Assembly: GCA_964613055.1 (NCBI GenBank) | Contig: CAZTGD010000005.1 | Coordinates: 11,555 to 75,554, forward strand | DNA length: 64,000 nucleotides | DNA from: an uncultured Caldisericales bacterium | GTDB lineage: Bacteria; Caldisericota; Caldisericia; JAAYUI01 | Direction of reading: 5' to 3' | In this document: positions 42,684 to 54,300 of the stretch, piece by piece | Position numbering within the stretch: position 1 is the first letter of the stretch | Layout: each line of letters opens with the position of its first letter | Position numbers and translations under genes: made by a program | The notes under the pieces: model-generated | Told to the model about the DNA's origin: nothing | What the model saw: the letters and a program-made list of their open reading frames with translations, nothing else | Database searches by the model: none

Positions 42684-44987
42684 ATGAGACGTATATCGAC
42701 AATAGTGCTGGTTTTACTCATTCTACTGAGTGTGCAACCCATGGTTTCTGCTGACACACCAACTGTTTCTGTTATCATGGAGGAGCCTTCCACCTCCCCA
42801 ACAGTCCCCGCAGGAGAGAAGGTTACGGGGATTGTAAAGTTCTTTGTGTCAGGCGAAGGAAAAACCTCCATCTCTGGCAGGTTCATGGTTGATGGTGTGC
42901 CTGGACCTAGCTATTACCGAACAATAACAGCTCCGATTGACAGCCAGTATCTTGTATTCGAAACGGATCTGCCAACCTACTACACCGGTGAACACGAGGT
43001 CTACTTTGAGGTATTGTACCCGAACGTCACCAAAACGCGCACCGCCAGGTATACTGTTACCGCTCGTGAGGTCAAGAGGATCAGTATCAAATCCCCGAAG
43101 GATGGTATGAGTGTTGAGTCTGGAGAAATGCTAACCGCTAACGCTGAGGTGAAACTGACTGGGTTCGGAAGCAAGGTGGTTGATGGGTACTGGTTGATTG
43201 ATGGTGAACGTCACGAGTTCAGCGAAACGGCATTTGTTGCCGGCGATGCCTATATAAAACTGAGTCAAAGCCTTCCAACAAATATTCCCGGTAGCCACAC
43301 TTATAAACTGGTTCTCAAGTCTCCCTACACCGAGGAATCAAAGGAGCTGAGTTACACTGTAGAGGGAACAGAAGGCACGGTAGTCAAGATAGATCCGATT
43401 ATTGAAGGCACAACAATTCACCTGGACAGCCCCCTCTCGATTGTACTTAGAATCACAATAGCAAAGGATGGAGTAACACCGTTGCTTGGGCATCTCTTTG
43501 TTGATGGAGAGCTGTATCATACTCTCAATGAGACTATAACTCAATCTGGTGTTTACAGTTATACATTGACAGTACCAACTTCAGGCCTTGGAGAACACAG
43601 CGTTTACTTCAGGTTGACCAGCCCAGTGACTGCCGCTTCAAATATCATCACATATCGCGTTGTCGGGACATCGTGGGTATGGCCAAGACTCATATACCCC
43701 GCCGATGGCACAACTGTCAAACAGGGAGATCCCCTCATTGCACAGCTCGGATTACATGTAGGTGGAGTTGGAACCGTAAAAATTGTCGGTCAATGGTTGA
43801 TTGATGACAACCCGTATTCCGATGTGGAGCAGTTACTGTCAGCGAGTAGTTCGACCGTGATATATGAATCTCTTAACCTGCCCACCGACTCGCCTGGATG
43901 GCACAGGCTCAAGTTCAGACAGACCTGGCCTCAGTGGGAAGAGACCAGAGAGATATGGTACCGTGTATGGGGTAGAGAACAGCCTCCAAGTTTTATAGAC
44001 ATAACCGCCATCCCTCAACCCCCTTATCCACAACAGGAAACGTTCCAATTGCATATAAGGGCAAACGATGACAGGGGTATCAGCCAGGTCAAAGTGCAGT
44101 TGGACAGTCAGCTGATGTACACAGCCGACATGGGTGGACTGCAGGTTATCGATTATGTCACTCCAGCCATTGGCCCATTGACAGCAGGTGACCACTGGTG
44201 GAGAGTACTTCTCGCTGATCTTGACGGACTCGAAACTGACTATATCGGTCGCTTCACAGTTACCTCAGGTGACGGTTCGCTCATCGGTTCAGTCATTGAG
44301 AAGGGGACCAATATGCCCATTGAAGGTGCGGTTGTATCCTGTGCCGGTCATACGGCATTGACTGACGAGTACGGTAAATACACGATTACGGAACTGGGTG
44401 TTGGAGAGCAGGTTGTGAGTGCTACTCACTCTGGGTTTGGATCTGCTGAGGCAAGGGTGACTATCTTCTCTGGAATGACCACCACAGCACCGGTATTAGA
44501 GTTGTCAGAGGCAGGACCTCAACCAGCTGTTTATCTCATTGAGACATATCCCCCGAACCCTATCCCAGGTCAGCCCTTTCTGATAAGTGTATATGTGAGG
44601 AACGATGGTGATCAGGCTGGACTCTCAGAAGTGGTTGTCTCAAGCCCTGACAACGCAAACCTTGAGATTGACCCCGACACCGGAGCGCAGTATCCCAGTT
44701 TCTCACACGTATACAACATTGGCTCGTTTCTTGAGCACAGAGATGGTCAGCAGATAAGGGCGATTCATCAGTGTGCGGTAGTCAAGTGGAACGTTTGGGG
44801 CAGGGGTACGACAAGAAAGGTATTGCTGAAAGCAACTGCACCCAGTGAAGGTAAGTATCAGTTCTGGGTACGAGCAACCATGAACATTGATGATCGCCAA
44901 AACCGAGTTAACTCACCCCGAACATCGACGATACTCGATCAGACTGGATGGTCCTGCAAGATAGTTGAGATTGAAACAAAACAGTAA
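42684..44987 (+). CDS. secreted Ig-like repeat protein with carboxypeptidase-regulatory-like domain
   Basis: Signal peptide, repeated ~100 aa beta modules, G.V......PIEGA.V.......TDEYGKY.I. Confidence 0.75.
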   Translation: MRRISTIVLVLLILLSVQPMVSADTPTVSVIMEEPSTSPTVPAGEKVTGIVKFFVSGEGKTSISGRFMVDGVPGPSYYRTITAPIDSQYLVFETDLPTYYTGEHEVYFEVLYPNVTKTRTARYTVTAREVKRISIKSPKDGMSVESGEMLTANAEVKLTGFGSKVVDGYWLIDGERHEFSETAFVAGDAYIKLSQSLPTNIPGSHTYKLVLKSPYTEESKELSYTVEGTEGTVVKIDPIIEGTTIHLDSPLSIVLRITIAKDGVTPLLGHLFVDGELYHTLNETITQSGVYSYTLTVPTSGLGEHSVYFRLTSPVTAASNIITYRVVGTSWVWPRLIYPADGTTVKQGDPLIAQLGLHVGGVGTVKIVGQWLIDDNPYSDVEQLLSASSSTVIYESLNLPTDSPGWHRLKFRQTWPQWEETREIWYRVWGREQPPSFIDITAIPQPPYPQQETFQLHIRANDDRGISQVKVQLDSQLMYTADMGGLQVIDYVTPAIGPLTAGDHWWRVLLADLDGLETDYIGRFTVTSGDGSLIGSVIEKGTNMPIEGAVVSCAGHTALTDEYGKYTITELGVGEQVVSATHSGFGSAEARVTIFSGMTTTAPVLELSEAGPQPAVYLIETYPPNPIPGQPFLISVYVRNDGDQAGLSEVVVSSPDNANLEIDPDTGAQYPSFSHVYNIGSFLEHRDGQQIRAIHQCAVVKWNVWGRGTTRKVLLKATAPSEGKYQFWVRATMNIDDRQNRVNSPRTSTILDQTGWSCKIVEIETKQ

Positions 44988-45001
44988 TATAATATGTTTC
45001 A

Positions 45002-47203
45002 ATGGTTTTGAATAGAACGTTTCTTTCTATTGCTTTGGTTATCGCCTTAGTTGTAGTACCAGTCAAAGGTGGGTCTATCGATGCAGAGAATCGACACGGT
45101 GACCCGGGCAATGCAGGTCGGGCAAACTTCATAGGCACAAATCCAATGACAATGCACTGGTCTGTTCCAATCAAACCAACTGCAAGGGGAAGGCTGTCTG
45201 CATCCAATGATAAACAGGCGATTGTCATCAGCGATCATCAATCGGTCATGTGCGTTGATACTGAAACCGGAGACAATATCTGGGACAGTCATCTGACTAC
45301 GCCAAGGTACATTGCTGACTCACCAACCATAACCGATAATCTCGGCATAGTGACCTGTAATGGTGGATATGTAATAGCTTATGATTTGAAGAGAGGATGT
45401 GAGTTCTTCCGGTTGGGAACAGGGTGGGCGCTCATGTCCAGCCCTAAGTGCTCTGAGAATTTCATACTGGCTATTGGTGCTAATGAGGAATTAACAAGTG
45501 CTGAAATAATGGCTGTAAATCCTGATACGGGTCGAATCAGCTGGAGGAAGTGGTGTCAGCCAAAGCTTCATTCACCAACGCTTGGTCCTGGATATGTTGT
45601 AATCCCATCACAGTCAAACGGACAGTTTCAGGTCCTAAACGAGAGTGATGGTTCTGTTTTATGGCAGAGCACCGTTGATGGTGAGATTAACCACACTTCA
45701 ACGAGATTCGGTTTGGTGGCTGTCGAAACCAAGAATTCTCTTACAATCTTTGATTACAAGACAGGCGATAAGAGGTGGTCGTGGATAAGTGGAGATGAAA
45801 CTCCAATCACATGGCCAGCAACTATCTCTGATGACACCATATTTGTATGTACAGATGAGGGTAAAAAACTGTATGCGATTGACGTGGAGACCGGAGAGAC
45901 AAGCTGGCAAAAAAAACTGGAGTCGAGTACCAAACAACCCATTGTGGGAAGGGATTATCTCATTCTCACTTTAGAAAGAGCCGTTTCCATAAGAAGCGAA
46001 TCTGATGGCAACGAGATATGGGGAATAGATACGGTTGGCTCAACAGTTGGAAACGCTTTGGCGGTCAGCGACAATATGATGATAGCGACATCTCTTTCAA
46101 AGATAATCTCTATGAAGACGGCAGGCTACGAAATATCGAGTGATATCGAAAGCCTGAATCTAGGAGAAGTGACAGCCGATAATCCTCATTTATTCAATTC
46201 CGACATAACGCTGACCAACCACTCAATATCTGAAACACATCTGATCATAACATCAAACGCTGATTGGCTGAGTGTTGGACCCGAGAGTTCAGGTTTTGTT
46301 GGGGGTGGGCAGATGGATGTATCTGCCTCTGCAGACCTTGAAGGGAAACCAGACGGTGTTTACGAATCAATAATCACTGTAGCATGGGAGTATGGCGAAC
46401 TGTCAATACCCGTCACAGCCACAAAGGTTACAGCTATACCAAAGCCACCGCGTCCGGGTTTTATTACGGTTGACAGTTCGAAGCTAAATCTCACAAGCGC
46501 GCTAAACGTTTTCACAAAACCGACACCGATAACACTCACAAACACCGGTGAGATGACTGTTGGTTACAGTGTGGAGACCAATGTACCCTGGCTTTTCTTT
46601 TCTAGAAACAACGGTACTCTGAAACCTGGTCAAAAACAAACGGTTGGGATAACATGTATAACCCAAAATGCTTCTATGGGCATGAATCATGGAGTAGTAA
46701 AAGTCTCGAGTGAAAGTGGTCAGTTATCTACCATTTCTGTTGATTTAGAGCGGGTACCGGGGCATGATCTGATAATTATGAAGGTCACTGATGGAAAGGA
46801 TTGGATCGATGTAAACGGTATTCGAATCCGATGTAGACCTTCTCCGGAGATAGTTAATGGTAGTTTATATCTACCTCTGAGGGTAATAGCAGTTGCGCTG
46901 GATGCAGGGCTTGAGAGGTGGGAAGGCAACGAAGACGCTCCGTGCAAAACGGAGTTTAATCAACTCAAGAGGAATGGAATAACGGTCGGGAATTGTGTTG
47001 GTTCAGACATAATATCCATCGATGAAGTTTCTGAATCATCGACCACTATAGAGATCCCATTGCCTTCAAAATATGTAGACAACCATGTGATGTTACCCGT
47101 ACAACCGGTTCTTGAAGCGTTTGATGATGAGATGGAAACAAGGAATGACGAAGATTCAATCTTCTTTGAGCTTCGTTTCCCTGAGATTGTGAAAAAGCCG
47201 TAG
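45002..47203 (+). CDS. PQQ-like beta-propeller / BACON-like / stalk domain surface protein
   Basis: HGDP.N.G, repeated D..TG...W units, WLSV.P.SG, C-terminal GSLYLPLRVIA. Confidence 0.8.
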   Translation: MVLNRTFLSIALVIALVVVPVKGGSIDAENRHGDPGNAGRANFIGTNPMTMHWSVPIKPTARGRLSASNDKQAIVISDHQSVMCVDTETGDNIWDSHLTTPRYIADSPTITDNLGIVTCNGGYVIAYDLKRGCEFFRLGTGWALMSSPKCSENFILAIGANEELTSAEIMAVNPDTGRISWRKWCQPKLHSPTLGPGYVVIPSQSNGQFQVLNESDGSVLWQSTVDGEINHTSTRFGLVAVETKNSLTIFDYKTGDKRWSWISGDETPITWPATISDDTIFVCTDEGKKLYAIDVETGETSWQKKLESSTKQPIVGRDYLILTLERAVSIRSESDGNEIWGIDTVGSTVGNALAVSDNMMIATSLSKIISMKTAGYEISSDIESLNLGEVTADNPHLFNSDITLTNHSISETHLIITSNADWLSVGPESSGFVGGGQMDVSASADLEGKPDGVYESIITVAWEYGELSIPVTATKVTAIPKPPRPGFITVDSSKLNLTSALNVFTKPTPITLTNTGEMTVGYSVETNVPWLFFSRNNGTLKPGQKQTVGITCITQNASMGMNHGVVKVSSESGQLSTISVDLERVPGHDLIIMKVTDGKDWIDVNGIRIRCRPSPEIVNGSLYLPLRVIAVALDAGLERWEGNEDAPCKTEFNQLKRNGITVGNCVGSDIISIDEVSESSTTIEIPLPSKYVDNHVMLPVQPVLEAFDDEMETRNDEDSIFFELRFPEIVKKP

Positions 47204-47297
47204 ACGCTAAATTGGGGTATCTACACAGTTCAATTGATTATTATGATGTAATAGTAGTGATCCTTCCTTGAAACCGCTGATATAATGTGAGAAAATT

Positions 47298-48341
47298 TTG
47301 CGTATGGAAGAGATTCTTGAGAGTCCTAATTATGTTCGATTGAGTCAGGCGGCCGCGATGACGTTGGACCTGATGGGTGGCAGTTTCTACCGAGACGCCA
47401 AGCTTTACTGCATCAACATTCTATTGACCTACCATGAAGGCTGTTCAGCCAACTGTGCATACTGCGGTCTCCAATCAAGGCGAGAGGGAGAGTATGAAAA
47501 AAAATCCTTCATCCGCGTAGCCTGGCCACTGCATTCAACCGATGAGGTTGTTGAGAGGATAGCGTCTGCATCAGAGGAATCTGTAAAAAGGGTATGCATA
47601 TCCATGATCACCCGAAGAAAGTCTGTTCCAGACACCATCGATATAACAAAGAGGATTCGCAAGAAAAGCGATGTACCCATATCGGGTCTCGTATCACCAA
47701 CAGTGATGTTCCCAAAGGATTTTCAGGCATTCAAGGATGCTGGAATAGACAAGGTTGGAATCGCTGTAGACACTGCCACACCTGCGTTGTTTGACAAGCA
47801 TCGGGGTAAGGGTGTGAAAGGACCTCACAGCTGGGATAAGTACTGGAATATGATCGAATCAGCGCTTGAGGTTTATGGTGAGGGTAACGTCGGCAGTCAT
47901 TTTGTTGTTGGTCTGGGAGAGACAGAGAAACAGATGATCGAGTCCATCCAGCGAGTCAAGGATATGGGAGGAGAGACTCATCTCTTCTCGTTTTACCCAG
48001 AGCCAAACTCAAAGCTGAAGGATCATCCAAGACCCACAATTCCAACATACAGGCGCATTCAACTCGCCAGGTATCTCATTGACGAGGGCTTGACACATGC
48101 CAGCAAGATGTCATTTGATGAAAATGACCGTGTGGTTGACTTGGGAGTTGATACTGATAAATGCGTATCCATTGGCAAACCTTTCATGACATCAGGCTGT
48201 ACGGGCAACGATGGCGAGGTGGCATGCAACAGACCGTATGCAAACGAGCGACCCTCCGATGAATTGAGGAATTTCCCGTTTCCGCCTACACAGCCAGAGA
48301 TAGATGCAATCAGAGATGAGTTGAAGGATTATTCTGATTAG
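47298..48341 (+). CDS. radical SAM protein, LipS2-like lipoate synthase candidate
   Basis: CSANCAYC (CxxxCxxC) and C-terminal TSGC...CNRP. Confidence 0.8.
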   Translation: MRMEEILESPNYVRLSQAAAMTLDLMGGSFYRDAKLYCINILLTYHEGCSANCAYCGLQSRREGEYEKKSFIRVAWPLHSTDEVVERIASASEESVKRVCISMITRRKSVPDTIDITKRIRKKSDVPISGLVSPTVMFPKDFQAFKDAGIDKVGIAVDTATPALFDKHRGKGVKGPHSWDKYWNMIESALEVYGEGNVGSHFVVGLGETEKQMIESIQRVKDMGGETHLFSFYPEPNSKLKDHPRPTIPTYRRIQLARYLIDEGLTHASKMSFDENDRVVDLGVDTDKCVSIGKPFMTSGCTGNDGEVACNRPYANERPSDELRNFPFPPTQPEIDAIRDELKDYSD

Positions 48342-48343
48342 CC

Positions 48344-49306
48344 ATGTATGATGTAGCAATTATAGGCGCTGGTCCTGCAGGATTGACGCTGGCAAATCTG
48401 CTTGACGAATCCTTTTCGATACTACTCATTGATGCAAAAACACATCCCCATAAACACATCGCATGTGCCGAGTGGGTACCTGTATTGTTCCCAGTGAAGC
48501 CTTTCAGCTCAACTCGATCCATGATCACCAGCTATGATGATGTTACGACTGAGATGCCTTTTCCAGGCAAGATCATTGACCGAGAGGGTTGGCAAAGGGA
48601 TATGCTGAAAGGATTGAATCACGTTGACGTTCGTATTGGTGAACGTGTGGTTCATGTCGGTCACGAGCATATCGACACAATCAATGACACCTACAAAGCG
48701 AGATTGATTGTGGGTGCTGATGGTCCCAGATCAATCGTTCGCAGAAGCTTCAACATGCCTGTATCTCCTGTCTTGCCAGCGGTTAATGTTAGAATGAAAG
48801 CGAGTAAATCATTCAACTCCACTCACATTTACTTCATGCCAGAGATAGAAAAGGGTTACGGATGGGTTTTCCCCAAAGCCAATTATGCGAACGTGGGTAT
48901 TGGTACTACCGGCAACATTCAGGGATCATTGACATTCTTTACAGATTATCTCAAGGATAAGGGTATGGTTGTCGGACAACCGGATAACCTGTCAGCTGGT
49001 TTGATTCCAATGTATGGTGTAACTGGTTATATCAGCGATAATGTGGTTTTGATAGGTGACTGTGCTGGGCTGACTGATCCACTTACGGGCGCCGGGATAA
49101 ACTCTGCTTATGATTCTGCGACCGCTTTGTCAAGAGTAATAAACAATCGTTTACCGATGACGGCTTACAGAAAAACCATAGACAGGACATATCGCTCATT
49201 CATAGAAAGACGACTAGCTAGAAGAAAGCTATTTGAAGATAAGTGGGGCAACCTTGCAGAAGCTGTCGAATCCTCCTGGATTGGCATGAAACGAAAACAA
49301 GGATGA
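48344..49306 (+). CDS. geranylgeranyl-reductase-family FAD oxidoreductase (LipT-like)
   Basis: GAGPAG, GADG, GYGWVFPK, GDCAGL.DPLTGAGI. Confidence 0.85.
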   Translation: MYDVAIIGAGPAGLTLANLLDESFSILLIDAKTHPHKHIACAEWVPVLFPVKPFSSTRSMITSYDDVTTEMPFPGKIIDREGWQRDMLKGLNHVDVRIGERVVHVGHEHIDTINDTYKARLIVGADGPRSIVRRSFNMPVSPVLPAVNVRMKASKSFNSTHIYFMPEIEKGYGWVFPKANYANVGIGTTGNIQGSLTFFTDYLKDKGMVVGQPDNLSAGLIPMYGVTGYISDNVVLIGDCAGLTDPLTGAGINSAYDSATALSRVINNRLPMTAYRKTIDRTYRSFIERRLARRKLFEDKWGNLAEAVESSWIGMKRKQG

Positions 49307-50859
49307 GTGACATGCAACCGTTTCGCGAGATAGACACAGGCGTGAAGTCTGCCAGCTGGAACATGGCGTGTGACGACACACTACTGAAGATCCACGAAAA
49401 GGGCAATCAACCAGTGATGAGGTTCCTGTCATTTGAGCGATGTGTGATGGTGGGTTATTTCCAGTCGGTTGCACAAGAGATTCGGGTAGATTATTGCCGT
49501 AAGCAGGGTATTGATATCAACAGACGTATCACTGGTGGTGGTACTATTTACTTTGATCCATCACAGGTGGGATGGGAGATAGTCGCCCCGCTGTCTATGT
49601 TTGGAGGAAAGCCTGGTCAGTTCTACGAGGTGTTTGGCACTGCTGTTGCTCTTGGATTAAGGAAACTTGGCATTGACGCTGAATTCAAACCTCGTAATGA
49701 CATAGAGGTTGGAGGCAAAAAGATAACCGGTATGGGTGGCATCACCCACGGTGACTGCTTCCTGTTTCAGGGAACACTGCTCGTGGCTGACCGGATAGAG
49801 GAGATGCTCTACAGCCTGAAGGTGCCAGTTGAGAAGCTGAAGCCAAAGGAGATCGACTCGGTTCGAGAGCGTGTCACATGCATCGAGCATGAGATAGGGA
49901 GGATTCCTTCCAGGGAAGAGCTGATGCATGCCATGAAACTCGGTTTCAGGGAGAGACTTGGCATTGAAACAGAGCCTTCCACTCTGACAGATGATGAGTT
50001 GTCAACAATTGAAAAATCGCACCCTTATTTTAAATCAGACAGCTGGGTCAATCGAATCGAGTTGCCAGAGGACACCCAGGGTCTGCTGACCGGCTCTTTC
50101 CGTAGCCCAGATTTTGGCACCATAAAGGTCAGCTCTCAGATAAACACCAAGCAGAAAATGATCCGCTCAACGCTGATCACAGGAGATTTCTTCATCGAAA
50201 ATCCAACACTTCTTTATGACATGGAGAGGATGCTCAAGAACATCCACACCAGTCAGGACACTATACATGCAATCATCGATGATTTTCTGGGCAGTCATCC
50301 AGATATACCAGAAGGCGACTTCAAGTCCGCCTTTGAGGAGCTGTTCAAGAAACTGGCTTGGATTGACGAAGGTTTCACGCCCAACGAAGCCAACAACCTC
50401 TATGCCGTCAACTTTCATCCGGCAGACGGTATAAACCCGAGGCATTTCCTTTTTCCCTACTGCGCTAAGGGTGCCAAATGCGCCTTCCGATATGAAGACG
50501 AATGTCCCAAGTGCATGCAGTGTACAGTCGGGGATGGCTACGCCATGGCAGAGGAGATGGGGTTGATACCCATCACGGTCACCAGCTTTGAGGATCTGCT
50601 GGTGAAGTTTGACTTCATCAAGGGTGAGGGTGGTGTATCATACGTTGGGAGCTGTTGCGAGCCGTTCTACATCAAGCATCAGGAGGAGTTTATTTCAAGC
50701 GGGTTGGCTGGTCTGCTGGTCAACGTTCGCGACTCCACCTGCTATGACCTGGGCAAGGCGCACGAGGCGTATCTGGGCACATTTGAAAACCAGACAAACC
50801 TTGAGATCGACCTGATTGATAAGGTGCTTGCCTACGTGAGACGTAAGAGCAACCTGTAG
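49303..50859 (+). CDS. lplA: lipoate-protein ligase fused to Cys-rich DUF116-like domain
   Basis: NMACD, RRITGGGTIY, KPRNDI...GKKI.G; C-terminal PYC...C...C..C..C and GSCC. ATGA overlap with the upstream gene. Confidence 0.85.
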   Translation: MSDMQPFREIDTGVKSASWNMACDDTLLKIHEKGNQPVMRFLSFERCVMVGYFQSVAQEIRVDYCRKQGIDINRRITGGGTIYFDPSQVGWEIVAPLSMFGGKPGQFYEVFGTAVALGLRKLGIDAEFKPRNDIEVGGKKITGMGGITHGDCFLFQGTLLVADRIEEMLYSLKVPVEKLKPKEIDSVRERVTCIEHEIGRIPSREELMHAMKLGFRERLGIETEPSTLTDDELSTIEKSHPYFKSDSWVNRIELPEDTQGLLTGSFRSPDFGTIKVSSQINTKQKMIRSTLITGDFFIENPTLLYDMERMLKNIHTSQDTIHAIIDDFLGSHPDIPEGDFKSAFEELFKKLAWIDEGFTPNEANNLYAVNFHPADGINPRHFLFPYCAKGAKCAFRYEDECPKCMQCTVGDGYAMAEEMGLIPITVTSFEDLLVKFDFIKGEGGVSYVGSCCEPFYIKHQEEFISSGLAGLLVNVRDSTCYDLGKAHEAYLGTFENQTNLEIDLIDKVLAYVRRKSNL

Positions 50860-50968
50860 GGTAAAGGGCATTATGCTCCTGACGCACACAATAAGTTCTC
50901 CATCCTTGGCTCCTCCTCTCTTCCCTTAAAAGGAAGATGATCCTCCTCATCATTTCCATTTTCCCCAA

Positions 50969-51310
50969 CGTTATTCCCGTTTCTACTTTGTTAATCCTGT
51001 TGTTTTTCTTCGTCATTCCCATTATCCTTTACGTCATTCCCGTTTCTACTTCGTCATTCCCGTTATCCTCTACGTCATTCCCGCGCAAGCGGGAATCCAG
51101 TGGGAGTTCCGACTGCGTTTATCCTTTAATGAAGGCTTTGAATAACTCATACGTAGTTGGTCTCGAACCCTGGATTCCTGGTCAAGCCAGGAATGACATA
51201 AGAAGGGTATGGAATTCAAGTAGACGGATTTCAATTCAGGGCCAGGAATGACGAAGAAAAGATTCCCCATCAAGCCTGAATGACAAAGGGTATCGTCTTC
51301 CGGGGATGAT
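50969..51310. repeat. cluster of REP-like GTCATTCCCG/GGAATGAC palindromic units
   Basis: CGTCATTCCC at 51011, 51032, 51052 and 51073; GTCATTCCCGCGCAAGCGGGAATCCAG; CTGGATTCCTGGTCAAGCCAGGAATGAC. Confidence 0.85.
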
Positions 51311-51342
51311 AAAAGCAAGGTACCCTAGGGCAGGTTAGATTG

Positions 51343-54300
51343 TCAGACGTCTGCAATGGCGTGCTGGATGGCGGACAGCTCTGTTTGGTTTATGCCCCAC
51401 AGGCTTGATGCGAGCATGTCTATCTGCGCCTCAAGCTCAACCACCGCGTCTGTGATCCCCTTGGCAGTCTCGCCGTGGCAACGCTTTGAGAGGTCTGCCA
51501 GTGCGAGATGTGTTTTGTCCTCTGGGTTGAATTTAGGAATCCTACCTTTTTTTAAAATATTGGGTGGTGCAAATCCCCCTGTTCCTGCAACACTTGTACA
51601 TATTATCAATAGCCTGAATGGGTTTGAGTTAATAACAGAGCAGAAGTAATGTGATTCAATTTCATTTTCGAAGGGTACCATAGTAGCTGTTTCAACGGGT
51701 AGCGAACACTTGTGTTTTGAGCCAACAATTGATTCTTTCATAAGACCAGCTTTTACGTCATTGGCTACCCTTGTCCAAACTACTTTATACGGTGACATGG
51801 TGTATGGACCAACGTTATATATGGAATAGAATGGGTCGGTGTATCCGTTTGCATCTGGTTTGTGTTTGAAATAGGCTTTGTAACCAGAGCGACCCCTCAG
51901 CATTACCTCATGCTCCTTGAAGTAGGCATATGTTTTGGGGTACTCACGCTTCATTATCGACTCTTCAATACCCGTTCGAGTTTCTGGATCCTGAGATAGA
52001 ATAATGTGACAGGATGGTTCTGCGCTCCACCGCTGGACATCCCTACCCCTGAGCAGTGGATACACCAGGTCACCCTCCACACGCCTCTGAATGGTCTTCA
52101 CCTTCTTCTTGCCAACGTTTCCCAGGTTCTCTATGAGCAGGTCACCATCTGGGAACTCCCTGAGAACATTAACCCAATAGACACCATTTAACCAAGTGCA
52201 ACTCCCTGCATACCCCTTGTAGTCACTCTTACCGATAACCTTCTTTATGCCAGCAAGCGCTTTTGCCGGCGCCGTCAGCCAGGGGGAGGTGGGCTTGCCA
52301 CTGTCCACTGGTTCTGCCGATATCTCGACTCGGTTGACCTTCTGTTCAATCTCCTCAAGCTTTGCCCTCGTGTCCAGCCTGCCCCTGGCAGTCTTCCTCC
52401 ACACCGTGTATGGCACGGGATAGTCAAAGGCTTTATCACTCTTTCTGCCGATGAAGATAGACGACCTATTGGTAGCCCCCTCAAAGCACTGGAAGTCTGA
52501 CAGGTCGTGTATTATGAGTGGTTTGATATATGTTGTCTTCTTCTTGTTTTCATCACCCTTTTCATACTCGAATCTGCGGAAGCCATCACCAGCCCCTTTG
52601 GTTTTAAAAATTGATTGGGTGATTATGAATCCAATCTTTCCACCATCCCTCAGATATTTATCAATGGCGACATATGTCATCAGCATAGACAGGTCTTTTT
52701 TACCACCACCCAATCTGGCTTGCGAAGCCTTCAGCGTGAATAACCCGTAATCATTCCAAAGTTTATGATGGTTTGCTTTTGACCTGTAGCTTACGGGCAA
52801 TGACTCCCAGTTTATCCAAGGAGGATTGCCGATAACAAAGTCTACGGGACGCACAAACAGCGGCGCAAAGGCGTTTTTGAGTATCCTCGCCCATATGCCG
52901 TTCATGCCTTTGTTGTGCAGTTCCTGCATCTGTTTGTAGAGCGCATTGAAATCCAGCTCCTTTTCAACGCTGAATCCCTTGTCTTTGCATCGGTTTACAA
53001 ACTCATCGCTGGTGTAGCCGTTTTTCACGCACTCCTCAATGAGGGTTGAGAAGGTCTCGATGTCCTGCAGACTGCCCACAACCTCCTTCGGTACCCTGAA
53101 GCTGACACCCTCGATTGCCGTTTCAAACACTATTTCACCCTCGAAAAGCTGTCTGTCCCCTTCGCTGGGTCTCATGATGGAGTCGCACAGGTAGACGGGT
53201 ATCTCAATACTGCCAACCCGGTGCACCAGATCCGCCAGTGCAAACAGGTAATTGGCGCGCGAGGCGATGACCGCCATGGGGTTGAGGTCAAAGCCGATGA
53301 TGTTGTTTGTTATCTTCTCCAGCAGTTCTCGTTCGCCATATTCCACCTCGAATCTATGCTGGCTGAACCAGCGCTTGGCTCGATTGATGGCACAGACGAG
53401 GAATGTGCCTGACCCGCAGGCGGGATCCAGCAGTCTCTTGTCGGGGTTGCCATCATAACCAATTTCGTTGAGCAGGAACTCAGCCATCCAATCTGGGGTG
53501 TAGTACTCGCCCATGTCGTGCCTGAGTGTTTTGGGGAAGAGACGCTGGAACAGAGACTTGAGCAGGTCCTGCTTTTCACTGGACTCGCCTGACAGCGAGG
53601 AGATGTCGTATCTGTCAAGTTTTGATGCAATCCTGTGAATCAACTCCGCGATACCATCATTCCAATCCGCCAGGTACCACAGAAACAGGTCACCCTCCAG
53701 GAAGTTCCTGATGCCCAGCTCTTTCCACAGACCACCGGACTCCATTTTCCTGACAGTTTCATAAACGCCTTTTAGGTCTGCATGGGCGAGTTTGCCTATT
53801 ATTGACCCAGCGAAGCTCTCGCTTGATGTTGCCATCTCAGAGGTGATTAGTTTGATGATTATGTCGTAGTAGGTGTGGATGGAGAAGATGAGTATTGAGT
53901 AGTCAATCTCATCTTTATTGATATCGTAGTACTTGCCTAGGTCCTTGAATTTGGCGGCTTTGATGGTGTCGTTCAGACCTCCGACCTGTGAGAAGAGAAG
54001 CTTCCACTGTTTGAAGAAGGTTTTGACTTTGTTCTCTTCTGTTGCCGACAGCGAATCGTATAGATTGCTTATGGCGAAGTTGGCAACAGCCGTGTCCCCG
54101 CCGAAGTCCTCAGCCAGATTATCAGGTGTCAGACTCCTGCCTATGGCTCCGCTTGCTACGAGTGCTCTGAGTAACTTTTCCACTACACTGGAGTTTGTAT
54201 CTACTGGATCACTCACTACAACCTTGCCATTTCTATTGCGCACAAAGATAAACGTTGAAGCATCTGTGCCAACACCGAATATCTTTTCTGGGTCAACCTT

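Noticed and set aside
50969-51100. Tandem CGTCATTCCC units as a CRISPR array
   Set aside because: Period is only 20-21 bp, the spacers are about 10 nt and similar to each other, and there are no cas genes.
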